NCBI GenBank assembly: GCA_963758635.1
Contig: CAVWWD010000002.1
Coordinates: forward strand, 1-64,000
From: an uncultured Candidatus Rokubacteria bacterium
GTDB lineage: Bacteria; Methylomirabilota; Methylomirabilia; Rokubacteriales; CSP1-6
DNA length: 64,000 nt
Reading direction: 5' to 3'
The position numbers were made by a program, and so were the translations under genes. The notes below the pieces were generated by a model that was not told where the DNA came from, ran no database searches, and saw only the letters and a program-made list of their open reading frames with translations. Of this stretch, positions 30,471 through 41,002 are shown one piece after another. Position 1 is the first letter of the stretch; each line of letters opens with the position of its first letter.

Positions 30471-31270
30471 GAGCCGCCGCGCAGCAGCTCCGCCTCGGTG
30501 AAGAGGTCCTCCTTGAGGCCCTTGTCCACCGCGCGCGACTCCACGATGAGGATGGTGCGGTTGCCGTTCTGCTCGTTGACCATCTCGACCTCGCCGGGCC
30601 GCCAGATGGTGCCGGTGACGAGCGCCAGCTTGCGGTCATGCTGGATCTTCTCGAGCCGGCCCCGCTTGTCGTAGAACTCGCGCTTGACGATGGCGTGCGA
30701 GTCCTTGCGCACCCAGAGCTTCCGCTTGCTGTAGCCGCTGTCCTCGGCCTGCCGGTCGGTGGCGGGCGCCGCTTCCACCACCCAGCACGCCTGGCCGTCC
30801 ACCGGCTGCTCGCCGGCCAGCGTGTAGCGGTTCAGCGCCACCGCCTCGGGCAGGAGGTCCTCGGACGCGAACTCCGTGCCCATGAACTTGTTCTTCTTGC
30901 CGCTGGCTGCGATCCGCCGCGTCTTCTTGGCCGAAGGCAGGTAGAGCCATTGCTCGTCACGGCCGTCGGGCCCCTCGAAGGTCAGCACGCCGGTGCCCTC
31001 CACGTCGCGCGGGGCGGTGAAGCGGATGAGCAACTTGTTGAGCTGGTCGGTGCCGCGCAGGAGGTAGCGCACGAGCTTGCGCTGCTTCACGTCACCACCC
31101 TTGTCCACGAGCTTCATGAGGAGCTGCTCCTCCTCGTCGCGGGCGGCCTGCCGCGTGCGATGCGTCTGCATGATCTCGGCCGCCGTCTGCGCCGCCGCTC
31201 GCGAGGGCGCCAGCACGCCGGCGCCGCTCACCGCCACCGCGGCGAGCTTGAAGAGATCTCGTCGCTTCAT
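30467..31270 (-). CDS. Outer-membrane lipoprotein-sorting (LolA-like) protein with Tat-like leader
   Basis: MKRRDLF; FTAPRDVEGTG, QWLYLPS.KKTRRIA, FMGTEFASED, EFYDKRG. Confidence 0.85.
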   Translation of the reverse strand: MKRRDLFKLAAVAVSGAGVLAPSRAAAQTAAEIMQTHRTRQAARDEEEQLLMKLVDKGGDVKQRKLVRYLLRGTDQLNKLLIRFTAPRDVEGTGVLTFEGPDGRDEQWLYLPSAKKTRRIAASGKKNKFMGTEFASEDLLPEAVALNRYTLAGEQPVDGQACWVVEAAPATDRQAEDSGYSKRKLWVRKDSHAIVKREFYDKRGRLEKIQHDRKLALVTGTIWRPGEVEMVNEQNGNRTILIVESRAVDKGLKEDLFTEAELLRGGS

Positions 31271-31290
31271 CGTGATCCTCCTCGTACTCC

Positions 31291-32739
31291 CTAGAACAGG
31301 TACGTGATCTGGGCGAAGAAGCGGTCGTTGTCCCGCCAGCGACCCCAGATCGTGTCGGTCTCGCCGAAGAACAGGTCGATGCCCCCTTCGATGAGGAGCA
31401 CGTCCTTGATCTTGTGGGCCACCTTGAGCTGCACGAAGGCGTTGGGGCTCAGGTCCAGGTCCACGAGCGCCGCCACCCTGGCCGTGGTCTCCTCCGTGAA
31501 CTTCACGTTGATCTTGCCGATCAGGGCGTTGCGGAAGGGCACACCCTCACCGAGCCCTGGCACCACCGGCGGCTCGAAGAACGGCGACGGCGTGCGGCGA
31601 TGGAACACGATCTCCCTGGCGTACTCGAGCCCGACCACCACGTGGCGGAGCCACGGGAGGTCGAAGTCGTCCTTCGTGTAGCTTCCGCCGGCGATGAGCT
31701 GGAGGCGGTCGTCGCGGCCGTTGGACGCCACGAACCGCGCGGCGGCCTCACCGTGGAACTCGAACGGGCCCCAGGTCGTCGAGAAGTCCGCGCCGGGGGT
31801 CCGGATGCGCGTGTACACGGGCGTCACCCGGGGCACCACGATCCCGGGCGCCAGCTCAGCTCCGCCCAGCCGGAGCACGGGCGTGCGCTCGAAGCCCTCG
31901 AAGTAGCTCAGCGCCAGGTCCACCCCACGCAGCGTCGTCTTCACCCGGGCCGCGTACTGGATATTCTCGAACTCCACCGGCGGGACCTGCCGCTCGTCCA
32001 GCACCACGAAGCCCGGGGCGACCGTCGGCGGCGTCCAGCGGCTGGGCTGAAGCGGCTCGCGCGTGGGCGTGAAGGCGGGAATGACCACGAAGAGCCCGCT
32101 CGTGACACCTCGTGTGACGCGCACCGCTGCCGAGTAGACGCCCATCTTCTCCGCATCGATGGGGTCGAGCGCGTCGTAGGGATTCACGAGGTCGGTGGGG
32201 TTGTACGCGTCGCCCGTGCCCCAGGCGAAGACCTGTTTGCCCAGCGTGACCTCCACGGGATCGTGACGCAGCCGCAGCACCGCCTCGCGGAGGTTCAGGA
32301 TGCTCCGGCGCTCCTCGGTCTCGGGGATCTGGAAGTACACGCCGTCGGTCAGGTCGGCGTCGTCGCCGCGCGCCTCCACCACCGCCGTGACGTGCGCCCA
32401 CGCGGCGAGGCGTCGCTGCCACTCCACGCGCAGGATGCCCTCGTTGCGGAACTGCTCATCGCCCGCCGGCGACTCCTGGAAGTGCGAGAAGTTCTTGTAG
32501 ATGAGCGCGCCCTTCAGCCCGAGCCCCGTCCACCAAGACGGCGCCGGCTCGGCCGCCGGCGGCGCCTCGCCGGTGGGCTTTGCCCCTTCCGTGGGCTGGG
32601 CCTGGCCGGTCGTCTGCGCCTCACCCGTGGGCGGCGCCTCGCCGCGCGCCTGCGCGGCCCCTCGCGCCGGCCACAAGCCGCCGGCCCCGCACACCAGCGC
32701 CAGGCAGAGGACGAGCAGACAGGGTCGTGACGGTGTCAC
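31291..32739 (-). CDS. Putative outer-membrane beta-barrel (DUF1302-like)
   Basis: Signal peptide; LREA, LGKQVFAWG..D.YNPTD; C-terminal QITYLF; start uncertain. Confidence 0.7.
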   Translation of the reverse strand: MTPSRPCLLVLCLALVCGAGGLWPARGAAQARGEAPPTGEAQTTGQAQPTEGAKPTGEAPPAAEPAPSWWTGLGLKGALIYKNFSHFQESPAGDEQFRNEGILRVEWQRRLAAWAHVTAVVEARGDDADLTDGVYFQIPETEERRSILNLREAVLRLRHDPVEVTLGKQVFAWGTGDAYNPTDLVNPYDALDPIDAEKMGVYSAAVRVTRGVTSGLFVVIPAFTPTREPLQPSRWTPPTVAPGFVVLDERQVPPVEFENIQYAARVKTTLRGVDLALSYFEGFERTPVLRLGGAELAPGIVVPRVTPVYTRIRTPGADFSTTWGPFEFHGEAAARFVASNGRDDRLQLIAGGSYTKDDFDLPWLRHVVVGLEYAREIVFHRRTPSPFFEPPVVPGLGEGVPFRNALIGKINVKFTEETTARVAALVDLDLSPNAFVQLKVAHKIKDVLLIEGGIDLFFGETDTIWGRWRDNDRFFAQITYLF

Positions 32740-32987
32740 GCAGGAAGACGGGAGAGTCACGGCCGGGCGGCGGCACGCCGCGAGTTCACGGCCCGTCCTG
32801 TTGCGTGCGCGAGCGCCTGCATGTCCGACCAGCGTTCTCCTCGCGTGGCGTGTGCCCGTGGGCGCTGCCGCGGCAGGCACGATACAGTACACCGCTTCGC
32901 GTCTCTCGCGCGAATCGGCGCCCAGCCCGCGGGACCCGCTGATAGCGGTCTGGCCATACCGTCCCACGTCGTCTACCCTTGGGAGCC

Positions 32988-35316
32988 ATGACACCTACAA
33001 CGACCGCCGCCACACCGTCGAAGCTCATGGGCGCCTCGGTGAAGCGCAAGGAAGACCCGCGGCTCATCACCGGCGCCTCCACCTACGTGACCGATGTCGC
33101 CCTGCCCGGGATGCAGTGGGTGGCCTTCGTGCGCAGCCCTCACGCCCACGCCCGCGTCGGCAGGATCGACGCCACGGCCGCGCTCCGCGTGCCCGGGGTG
33201 AAGCAGGTCGTCACCGGCGAGGAGATCCGGACCATGGCCAAGGCCCTGCCGCCGGCGAGCGCGTCGGCCGAGGGCGGCGGCAGCGCCGGCGCGCCGGGCC
33301 GCCAGCACTGGGCGCTGTCGACGGGCGTCGTGCGCCACGTGGGCGAGGCGGTCGCGGCGGTGATCGCCGACAGTGACGCCGCGGCCCACGACGGCGCCGA
33401 GGCGGTCGAGGTCGACTGGCAGCCCATGCCCGCGGTGACCGACATCTGGAAGGCGATGGAGGCCGGCGCCCCGCAGCTCCACGCCGACGCGGCCGGCAAC
33501 ATCGAGCACAAGAACCAGATCACCGCCGGCGACGTCGACGCCGCCTTCGGCCGGGCCGGGCGCGTGGTCCGGCAGCGCATCGTGAGCCAGCGCCTGTGCG
33601 GCATGTCGCTGGAGCCGCGGGCGTGCGTGGCCGCTCCCGAGGGGATCAACGGCGGCATCGTGGTCTACGCCACCCACCAGGCGCCGCACATGCTGCGGGC
33701 CGACCTGGCCGGCGTGCTCGGCATGGACGCGAACCTGATCCGCGTGGTCAATCCCGACATGGGCGGCGGCTTCGGGGTGAAGTTCGGCTGCTACCCGGAG
33801 GACGTGGTGCTCGCCGCGCTCGCGAAGAAGCTCCGCCGTCCGCTCAAGTGGGTGGAGACCCGCGTCGAGCACATGCTGGCGACGACGCACGGGCGCGACC
33901 AGGTCGCGGACCTCGAGGCCGCGGTGGAGGACGACGGCACCGTCACCGCGCTCCGCATGAAGGTGACGGCGAACATCGGCGCGTACCCGGTGTTCACGTT
34001 CATCCCCGACCTCACGCTGTTCATGGGCGTGGGCGTCTACAAGTTCACCAACGTCGACGTGTCGTCCACGTGCGTGTTCACCAACACCACGACGGTCGCC
34101 GCGTATCGCGGGGCCGGACGGCCGGAGGCCGCGTACTACCTCGAGCGGCTCATGGACATCATCGCCGCCGAGCTCGGCCTGCCCCCGGAGCAGGTACGCC
34201 GGAAGAACTTCATCCCCCCGAGCGCGTTCCCGTACGACACGCCCACCGGCCAGAGCTACGACTCCGGCGAGTACGACAAGGCGCTCACCGAGGCCCTCCG
34301 CATGTCCGACGTGGGCCGGTGGCGGAAGGAGCAGGCGGAGCGGGTGAAGCGCGGCGATACCAAGCGCCTCGGCGTCGGCATGGCCTGCTACGTCGAGATG
34401 TGCGGGTTCGGGCCGTACGAGAGCGCGATCGTGCGCGTGGACTCGTCGGGCACGGTGACGGTCTATACCGGCACGTCCGCCCACGGCCAGGGGCACGAGA
34501 CGACCTTCGCCCAGATCGTGTCCGACCACCTCGGCGTCGACTTCGACCGCATCCAGGTGCGGCACGGCGACACCGCGGCGATCCCGATGGGCAACGGGAC
34601 GGGCGGCTCGCGGAGCGTGGCGGTGGGCGGCACGTCGATCTACAACGCGACGCTCAAGGTGCAGGAGAAGGCGCGCCGCATCGCCGCCTCGATGCTGGAG
34701 GCGGCGTTCGAGGACGTGGTGCTCACGGACGGCCGCTACCAGGTGCGCGGCGCGCCGGCCAAGGCGCTGGGGCTCGCGGAGATCGCCGCGATGGCGCACG
34801 GCGAGACGCTCGCGCCGGGGCTCGAGCACGGGCTCGAGGGCACCGAGTTCTGGCGGCCGCCGGCGCTCGTGTACCCGTTCGGCGCCCACGTCGCCGTGGT
34901 CGAGGTGGACACGGAGACGGGCGCCGTCCGGCTGCTCGACTACGTGTCGGTGGACGACTGCGGCGTGCGGATCTCGCCCAACCTCGTGTCCGGTCAGGTG
35001 CACGGCGGCCTCGCCCAGGGCATCGCGCAGGCCCTCTGGGAGGAGCTGCGATACGGCGACGACGGCCAGCTCCTCACCGGGACGCTGATGGACTACGCGG
35101 TGCCGCGGGCCGACGACCTGCCCGTCGTTCCGCGACGCGGCCACCGTCACCCCGACCCCGCGCAACCCGCTCGGCGCCAAGGGCATCGGCGAGGCCGCCA
35201 CGATCGGCTCGACGCCCGCGGTGGTCAACGCGGTGGTGGACGCGCTGCGCGCCGGCGGGACGCGGCACCTCGACATGCCGCTCCGGCCTTCGGCGCTGGT
35301 GGCGGTCAAGAAATAG
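32988..35316 (+). CDS. Xanthine dehydrogenase family Mo-binding large subunit (form II CoxL-like); frameshift near 35130
   Basis: RKEDPRLITG, VRSPHAHA, GGGFGVK, AYRGAGRPEA, GQGHET, QVHGG, GAKGIGE. Confidence 0.92.
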
Positions 35317-35328
35317 GGCGGGCGCTCC

Positions 35329-36541
35329 TCAGTCGCAGGACCCGCCCTCGTCCGGCCGCCACGGGTTCGAGAACGTGCTGAGCGACTCGAGGAAGACGAC
35401 CAGGTCGGTCTGCTCGCGCGGGGTGAGGTCCAGGCGCTCCGCGGCCGAGGGCCGCCAGTCCTTCGTGGAGCATCCGGAGGGGATCCACGCTCGAGTAGTG
35501 CCGCACGACCTCGGCGAGGGTCTCGATGCTGCCGTCGCGGCCGTACGGCGCGGTCAGCATGAGGTTGCGGAGGGACGGCACCTTGAACTCTCCGGGACTG
35601 GCCTTCTCGCGCGCGGCCTGGCGCGTCTGCTCGGCGCTCGCCCTCGTCGGGTCGTCGTTGTACGGGCCGAGCAGGTTGAACCGGCTTTCGAGAGCCTGGC
35701 GGATGCCGTCGGGGCGCCCGGGATCGGGCGTGCCCCGGGGGGCGAAGCGGGACAGGCCCGTGTGGAAGAACTCGCCGTTGGTGAAGTTCGGGCCCGAGTG
35801 GCACGACACGCAGCCGCCCTTGCCGATGAAGATCTTGAGTCCCCGCTGGGCCGACTCGGAATAGCCGGAGGCCGAGGGCGCGACCCCGCGCGCCAGGGCC
35901 TCGCGGAATCGATCGAACGGCGTGCCGCCGCTCGTCAGCGTTTCCAGGAAGGCGGCCAGGACCTTCCCGGCATCCACGAACAGCGCCTCGTCGGCCGCGG
36001 ACGCCGGCGCGGCTCCGAAGGCCCGCCGGTAGCGACACGACAGGTCCTGGTCCTTCCGGATCAGCTCGGCGACATGGCGCGGCGTCGCGGCCAGCTCCCG
36101 CTGGTCGACGATCGCGCGAAGGCCCTGGGACCAGAGGCTGTCGGCGGCGCCGCCCCAGCCGGACCAGCGCTGGCCGTGCAGGTTGGCGACGGTCGGCGTG
36201 TTGCGGTCCACCTCGGCCAGGCCGACGCCGCGCCGGAGGTTGTCGCTCCAGTGGCGCTCCGGCACGTGGCAGGTCGAGCAGGAGACCGTGCCGCTTCCGG
36301 ACAGGCGCTGATCGAAGAACAGGCGCGTCCCGAGCTCGATCGCGTGCCGGTTCCCCGAGACTCGGTTGCTCGGATCCTGCCCCACGGGCGACCGCCACGG
36401 CCCCTGGAAGAGGATGATCCTGATCTCCTTCTCGGTGAACGCGGGCCCGGGGCCGGCGCCGTCGTCCGCCTGACCGGTCCACGGAAGCGCCACGCACGCT
36501 GCGCCGACCACGGCGGATGCGACACGCATCGCCACCCGCAT
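35329..36541 (-). CDS. Di-haem cytochrome c peroxidase/MauG-family protein (frameshift near 35450)
   Basis: Signal peptide; LGTRLFFDQRLS; CSTCH and CVSCH; RNTPT; FKVPSLRN; AGGAGG SD before ATG 36541. Confidence 0.88.
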
Positions 36542-39500
36542 CACGAGCCTCCTTCGAGTCCTCGAGGCGACTGCCAGGTGCGCGACGGTCGGAGCGTCGA
36601 AGAACACGCGCAACGGCACGTCCACGTGGAAGCTGTCGAAGACGCGATTCAAGAGCTGCGTGGCCAGCAACGAGTGTCCGCCCACCTCGAAGAAGTCATC
36701 GTCGACGCCGACCGGGTCGTATCCGAGCACGTCTGCCCAGAGCCGCGCAAGCCCTCGCTCATACGGCGTGCGCGGGGCAACCGCCGGCAGGGGCCGTGCC
36801 GCCGATTCATGGGGCGGCACGGGCAGGGCCCGGCGGTCGACCTTGCCGTTCGGGAGCAGCGGCAATGCCTCCAGGTGAACGATGCTCGCCGGGATCATGT
36901 GGCTCGGAACGTGTTCTTGCATGAAGCGCCGTAGCTCGCTGACGGTGGGTGCCAGGCGCCGTGGCCGAGACCACGTAGGCCGCCAGCCCGGGTTCCCCGG
37001 GTGGTCCTCGCGGGACATGACCACCGCATCGTTCACCGCGGCGTGTCGCACGAGCACGCCTTCCACCTCGGCGGGGTCGACGAGATGGCCGCGGATCTTC
37101 ACGCGCGCGTCCTTCCGCCCCAGGTACAGCAGGCAGCCATCGGAGCGCAGACGGCCCAGGTCGCCCGTGCGATAGAGTCGTGCATCGCTTCCCTGCGGGT
37201 CAGGGAGCAAGGCACGTGCGGGTCAGCTCCGGCTGGCGCCAGTAACCCCGGAACAGGTAGCGGCTCTTGATCGTGATCTCACCGACCTCGTGGCTGTCGA
37301 CCTCGTACCCGCGCTCATCGCGCAGGAGGATCTCCGTGTCCGTCACCGGATAGCCGACAGGCACCGTGCCGCCGGCGAGGGGCGTATCGTGATCGAGGAA
37401 GTACTGCCGGGCGATCCCCATCTCCGTGATGCCCATCCGGTTGTGGAGCAGGCAATGGCGGGGGAAGTGACGCCGGTAACGCTCCACCTCGCGCGGGGTA
37501 ACGGGCTCGCCGGCCAGCTCGATCAGCCGTAGCGCCGGAAATGCCTGGGCGCCGGTCAGGGTGTCGGCGAAGTAGCGGAACACCGTCGGCACCGAGTGGT
37601 ACACGGTGATGCCTCCCGATCCACGCGCGCCGCCAGCTGGGCCATCGTCTCCTTCCGGAGATCGTACGGGAAGAGGCTCGCCCCGTTGAGCAAGGCGCCG
37701 AAGATGTTCGTCATGGCCGCGCCGAAGCCGTAGGAGAACAGGAGCGTCAGGCGGTCGTCGGCCGAGATGTGCGAGCCGTTCGTGTACTTCATGATCGGTG
37801 TGCAGCAGCCGCAGTGATCGTGCACGACGCCCTTCGGCTGTCCGGTCGAGCCCGACGTGTACAGGATGTAGGCGAGGCATCCGGAGCGATGGGCAGCGCC
37901 AGATCGTCTGACGGGAGAGCCGGGTCGAGGGCATCGACATCGAGGAGATGGACCCCGGGGCCAGCCAGCTGCTGGGCCAGTGACCGCGACGATGCGCCCG
38001 TGATCAGCAGCCGGCTGTCCGTGTCGGACAGCATCGTCGTCAGCCGGCCCCTCGGGTACGTCGGGTCCAGCGCCACGAAACACTTCCCCGCCTTCAACAC
38101 CCCCAGGAGCGCGACGAGCATCGGCGCTCCGTGCTCGAACAGCAGCGCGATGGGCTCCGACGCCCCCACGGCGCGCGCCATGACTGCGCGCGCGACGCGA
38201 TTCGCGGCATGGTTCAAGGCCGTGTAGGTCAGCGCGAGCTGGGGCGTCCGGACGGCCAGTCCGTCGGCGTGCTCGCGCACTTGCTGCTCGAAGCGCGCAG
38301 GGATGGATTGCTCGACGGCCGACGCGGGGAACGGCACGAACGGTGTGGTCGGCTCCACGCGGCGCGGCGGCAGCGCGGTGCGGCGCCGGGCCGCGCGCCG
38401 GCGGCGGAGGTGGCGGCCGGCGCCCACTCACGGCGCACCAGCGGGGACTTGCCGGTGCGGGGGTCGACGGCGATGCTGCGGCAACCGGCCGACCCGGAAG
38501 GTGGTGCGCGTCGCATCCTTCATGTTCAGCCAGCGCTGGAAGGCTCGCCCGACCGCGTCGTCGAACGTCCTCCTGCGGCCACGTAGTCGACACGGACATG
38601 GTCCGGCCGCTCCGAGACGAACTGGACGCGCTCCAGCCCGGGCACGAGCAACGTCGCCAGCAGCGTCGGAGGTAGCGCATCGACCGCGCCGTGGCGCATG
38701 ACCACCGGCAAGGCGTCGTCGGTCCGTCCCTCGATGCTCCGGATGGTGGTAAAGGCGCTCTCGTGTGCGGCGGTCACCGACCGTCACGTAGTCGGCCAGC
38801 TCGTATCGGATGAGGGGGAGCGTGTAGTTGAAGAGGTTCGTTTCCACAGCATGGCCCTGGCCGCCGGGCGGAACCGGCCGCCGTGCTTCGTCCAGCACCT
38901 CCAGGATGTTCAGATCGTCCATCACGGTCATCTCGTCTCGCGCCGGCGACCTGACGGCCATGTACGGCGCTTCCGAGGCGCTGTACGTGACGTAGACCTG
39001 CGCGTCCCACACACGCTCGATGCTCTGCGCCATGCGCTCGGTGAACCGCTCGCCGCTCACGAGAACCGTCCGGGGACGGATCCGCAGCGTCCCCTTCTGC
39101 GCCAGGTCCGCCAAGGTGGCGATGCCGCTCGAATACCCGGTCAGACGATCAGGCTGAAAGTTGTTCAAGGATTCCACCACCGTGTGCACGCTGTCCATCA
39201 CCGAGAGGAACAGGCAGTCGTAGGTGGCGGCGGGCATGTGCTTCGCGGTGGTGATCCCGGCGAAGTGCCCATGCGTGGCCAGAAAGAAGGCGGCGCGGGT
39301 CTTCCCGCCTACGCCACGTTCGGGGGGCGGAAGGCGTGGCGCGATGGTGCTGTTCATCACCTGCCAGTCGGCGCGGCTGTACACGAAGATGCCGAAGCGG
39401 CCCGAGGACCCCGAGCCGTGCACCATGACGAACTGCTGCTGGTAGCACCTCGGCCGGGTCCTGGTTGTCCTGCAGCCAGCGCTCGATGTCGTGCCGACGC

Positions 39501-39751
39501 AGCCGCCGATCGGTCACGGCCGTGTCGAAATGCTCCATGACGCGACGCTTGGAGACGAACGGGAGATCCTCGACCGTCAGCTCCGGAAGGTCTTTCTCGG
39601 CGATCCCGTGGCTCGCGTAGTAGTCGCGATAGAACGCCGAGTGTCGCCAGACGTGGCGGAGGAGGGCGCGGTGGCCGCGCCGTTGCTAGTCTGAACCTTC
39701 TCAGCGGGTGGCCGGCACAGCGGGGAGGCGGAGGGCCGCGCGCTGATTCAT
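36541..39751 (-). CDS. NRPS-like protein: PaaK/F390-synthetase-like ligase + adenylation domain + PCP (many apparent frameshifts; may be two genes)
   Basis: PaaK part: HSAFYR, LPFVSK, HGSGSSG, LTGYSS, YSASE, PLIRYELAD, DPRTGK. A domain: YILYTSGSTGQPKGV, GITE, GYW, YRTGDLGR, GRKD..VKIRG, PNGKVDR. PCP: FFEVGGHSL. Confidence 0.8.
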
Positions 39752-39823
39752 GGCGTTGGTGTCCCGACTGTAGCATCCGCGGCGGTGTCGACTGGCCCGG
39801 CGGCGCGTCCGTGAGCGGGGGGG

Positions 39824-40476
39824 TCAGGGGCCTCGGCGTCGTGAACGCCCGCGCTCGCGCAGCGCGGCGTCCACCAGGGCGTCCATCATCCAGCGCACCA
39901 CCGCCTCCGTTTCGCGGTCGGTCGCGCCGCAGATGTCCTTGAGGATGACCATCGGCTCGATGCCGTAGACGACGGCCAGCGCCTTGAGCAGGCGTCGATA
40001 CGTCGCCGGGCGGCAGGCGTCGTCTCAGGGGATGGAGCGTGGTGGCGAGGATCTCGGTGCGCTGGCCGCGACGGAAGGGCTCCTCCTCCAGCAGCCCGGC
40101 GGCCTCCAGCGAGCGATGCTCGAGGGCCAGCTGGAGCGCGGCGCGCATGTGCGGCTCGTACTCGGCGAACCGCGAGTAGGTGCGGTCGAGCAGCTCGTGA
40201 AGGCGCTGCTTGGCGTCGCCTTGCTGCGGCACGGCCCGCCGCACCGGGCCCAGGGCCTCGGCGATCACCGCGCTCACGAGCTTGGACCGCGACGGGAAGT
40301 AGCGGTACGCCGTGGCGCGGGACACGCCGGCGCTCTGGGCCACCTCGGCCACGGACGGGATGCGGCCCGCGTCGCACGAGCCGGACGGCCTCGTCGAGGA
40401 GTCGGCGGAACACCCGGCTCCGGTGGCCGGAGCCGAGGTCGGGCAAGGCGTAGAAGGGTCTGGCGCCTTTCCTCAC
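39824..40476 (-). CDS. TetR-family transcriptional regulator (frameshifts near 40365 and 40005)
   Basis: IPSVAEVAQSAGVSRATAYRYFPSR HTH. Confidence 0.85.
40452..40474 (+). repeat. Direct repeat copy 1: AGAAGGGTCTGGCGCCTTTCCTC
   Basis: 23-bp identity with 44934-44956; flanks extend with single mismatches. Confidence 0.85.
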
Positions 40477-40523
40477 TGGTCCTGCTTCAGGGGCGGTCGA
40501 GACCGGTCACGAGGGCGCGCGGC

Positions 40524-40904
40524 TCACCTCGGGAGGCCGCGTCCATCACGCGAGTGCTGGAGCAGCTGGACCGGCCGGACCTCGAGCACCGCGACGCGCG
40601 CCGCCGGAAATCTCGCCGCGACGGCGCAGGCCTCGTCCATGTCCTTGGCCTCGATGACGAAGAATCCACCCAGCTGTTCCCTGGTCTCGGCAAAGGGGCT
40701 GGCCGTGGTGGAGGCCTGACCGTCGCCGACGCGGATGGTCCGCGCCGTCCGGACAGGCTGCAGGGCATCGGTGGCGACGAGGTGGCCGGTTCGCCTGAGC
40801 TCCTCGGCGTACTCGATCGAGGCGTCGACGAGGGCCCCCAACTCCTTCTCGGGCATCGCGGCCAGCTCGTTCTCGTCGTGGTAGATCGTGAACATGAATC
40901 TCAT
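40524..40904 (-). CDS. YciI/DGPF-type protein
   Basis: ALQP..TARTIRV, xPFAETREQLGGFFVIEA, EVRPV. Confidence 0.88.
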   Translation of the reverse strand: MRFMFTIYHDENELAAMPEKELGALVDASIEYAEELRRTGHLVATDALQPVRTARTIRVGDGQASTTASPFAETREQLGGFFVIEAKDMDEACAVAARFPAARVAVLEVRPVQLLQHSRDGRGLPR

Positions 40905-41002
40905 CGCATCCTCCTCGCGAGCGGAGCCCGTGGGCCCTGGGCTCGCGCTGGGGTCACTCTGGAGAAGGTATACCAGGCCGGTGTCCTTCTCGCGCGACAG
41001 CG

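Noticed and set aside
35306..37210. 634-aa ORF appearing to fuse NRPS A/PCP domains with cytochrome c peroxidase
   Set aside because: One added base near 36570 gives ...AVALEDSKEAR* with the TGA overlapping an ATG preceded by AGGAGG and followed by a signal peptide. Two coupled genes are more plausible.
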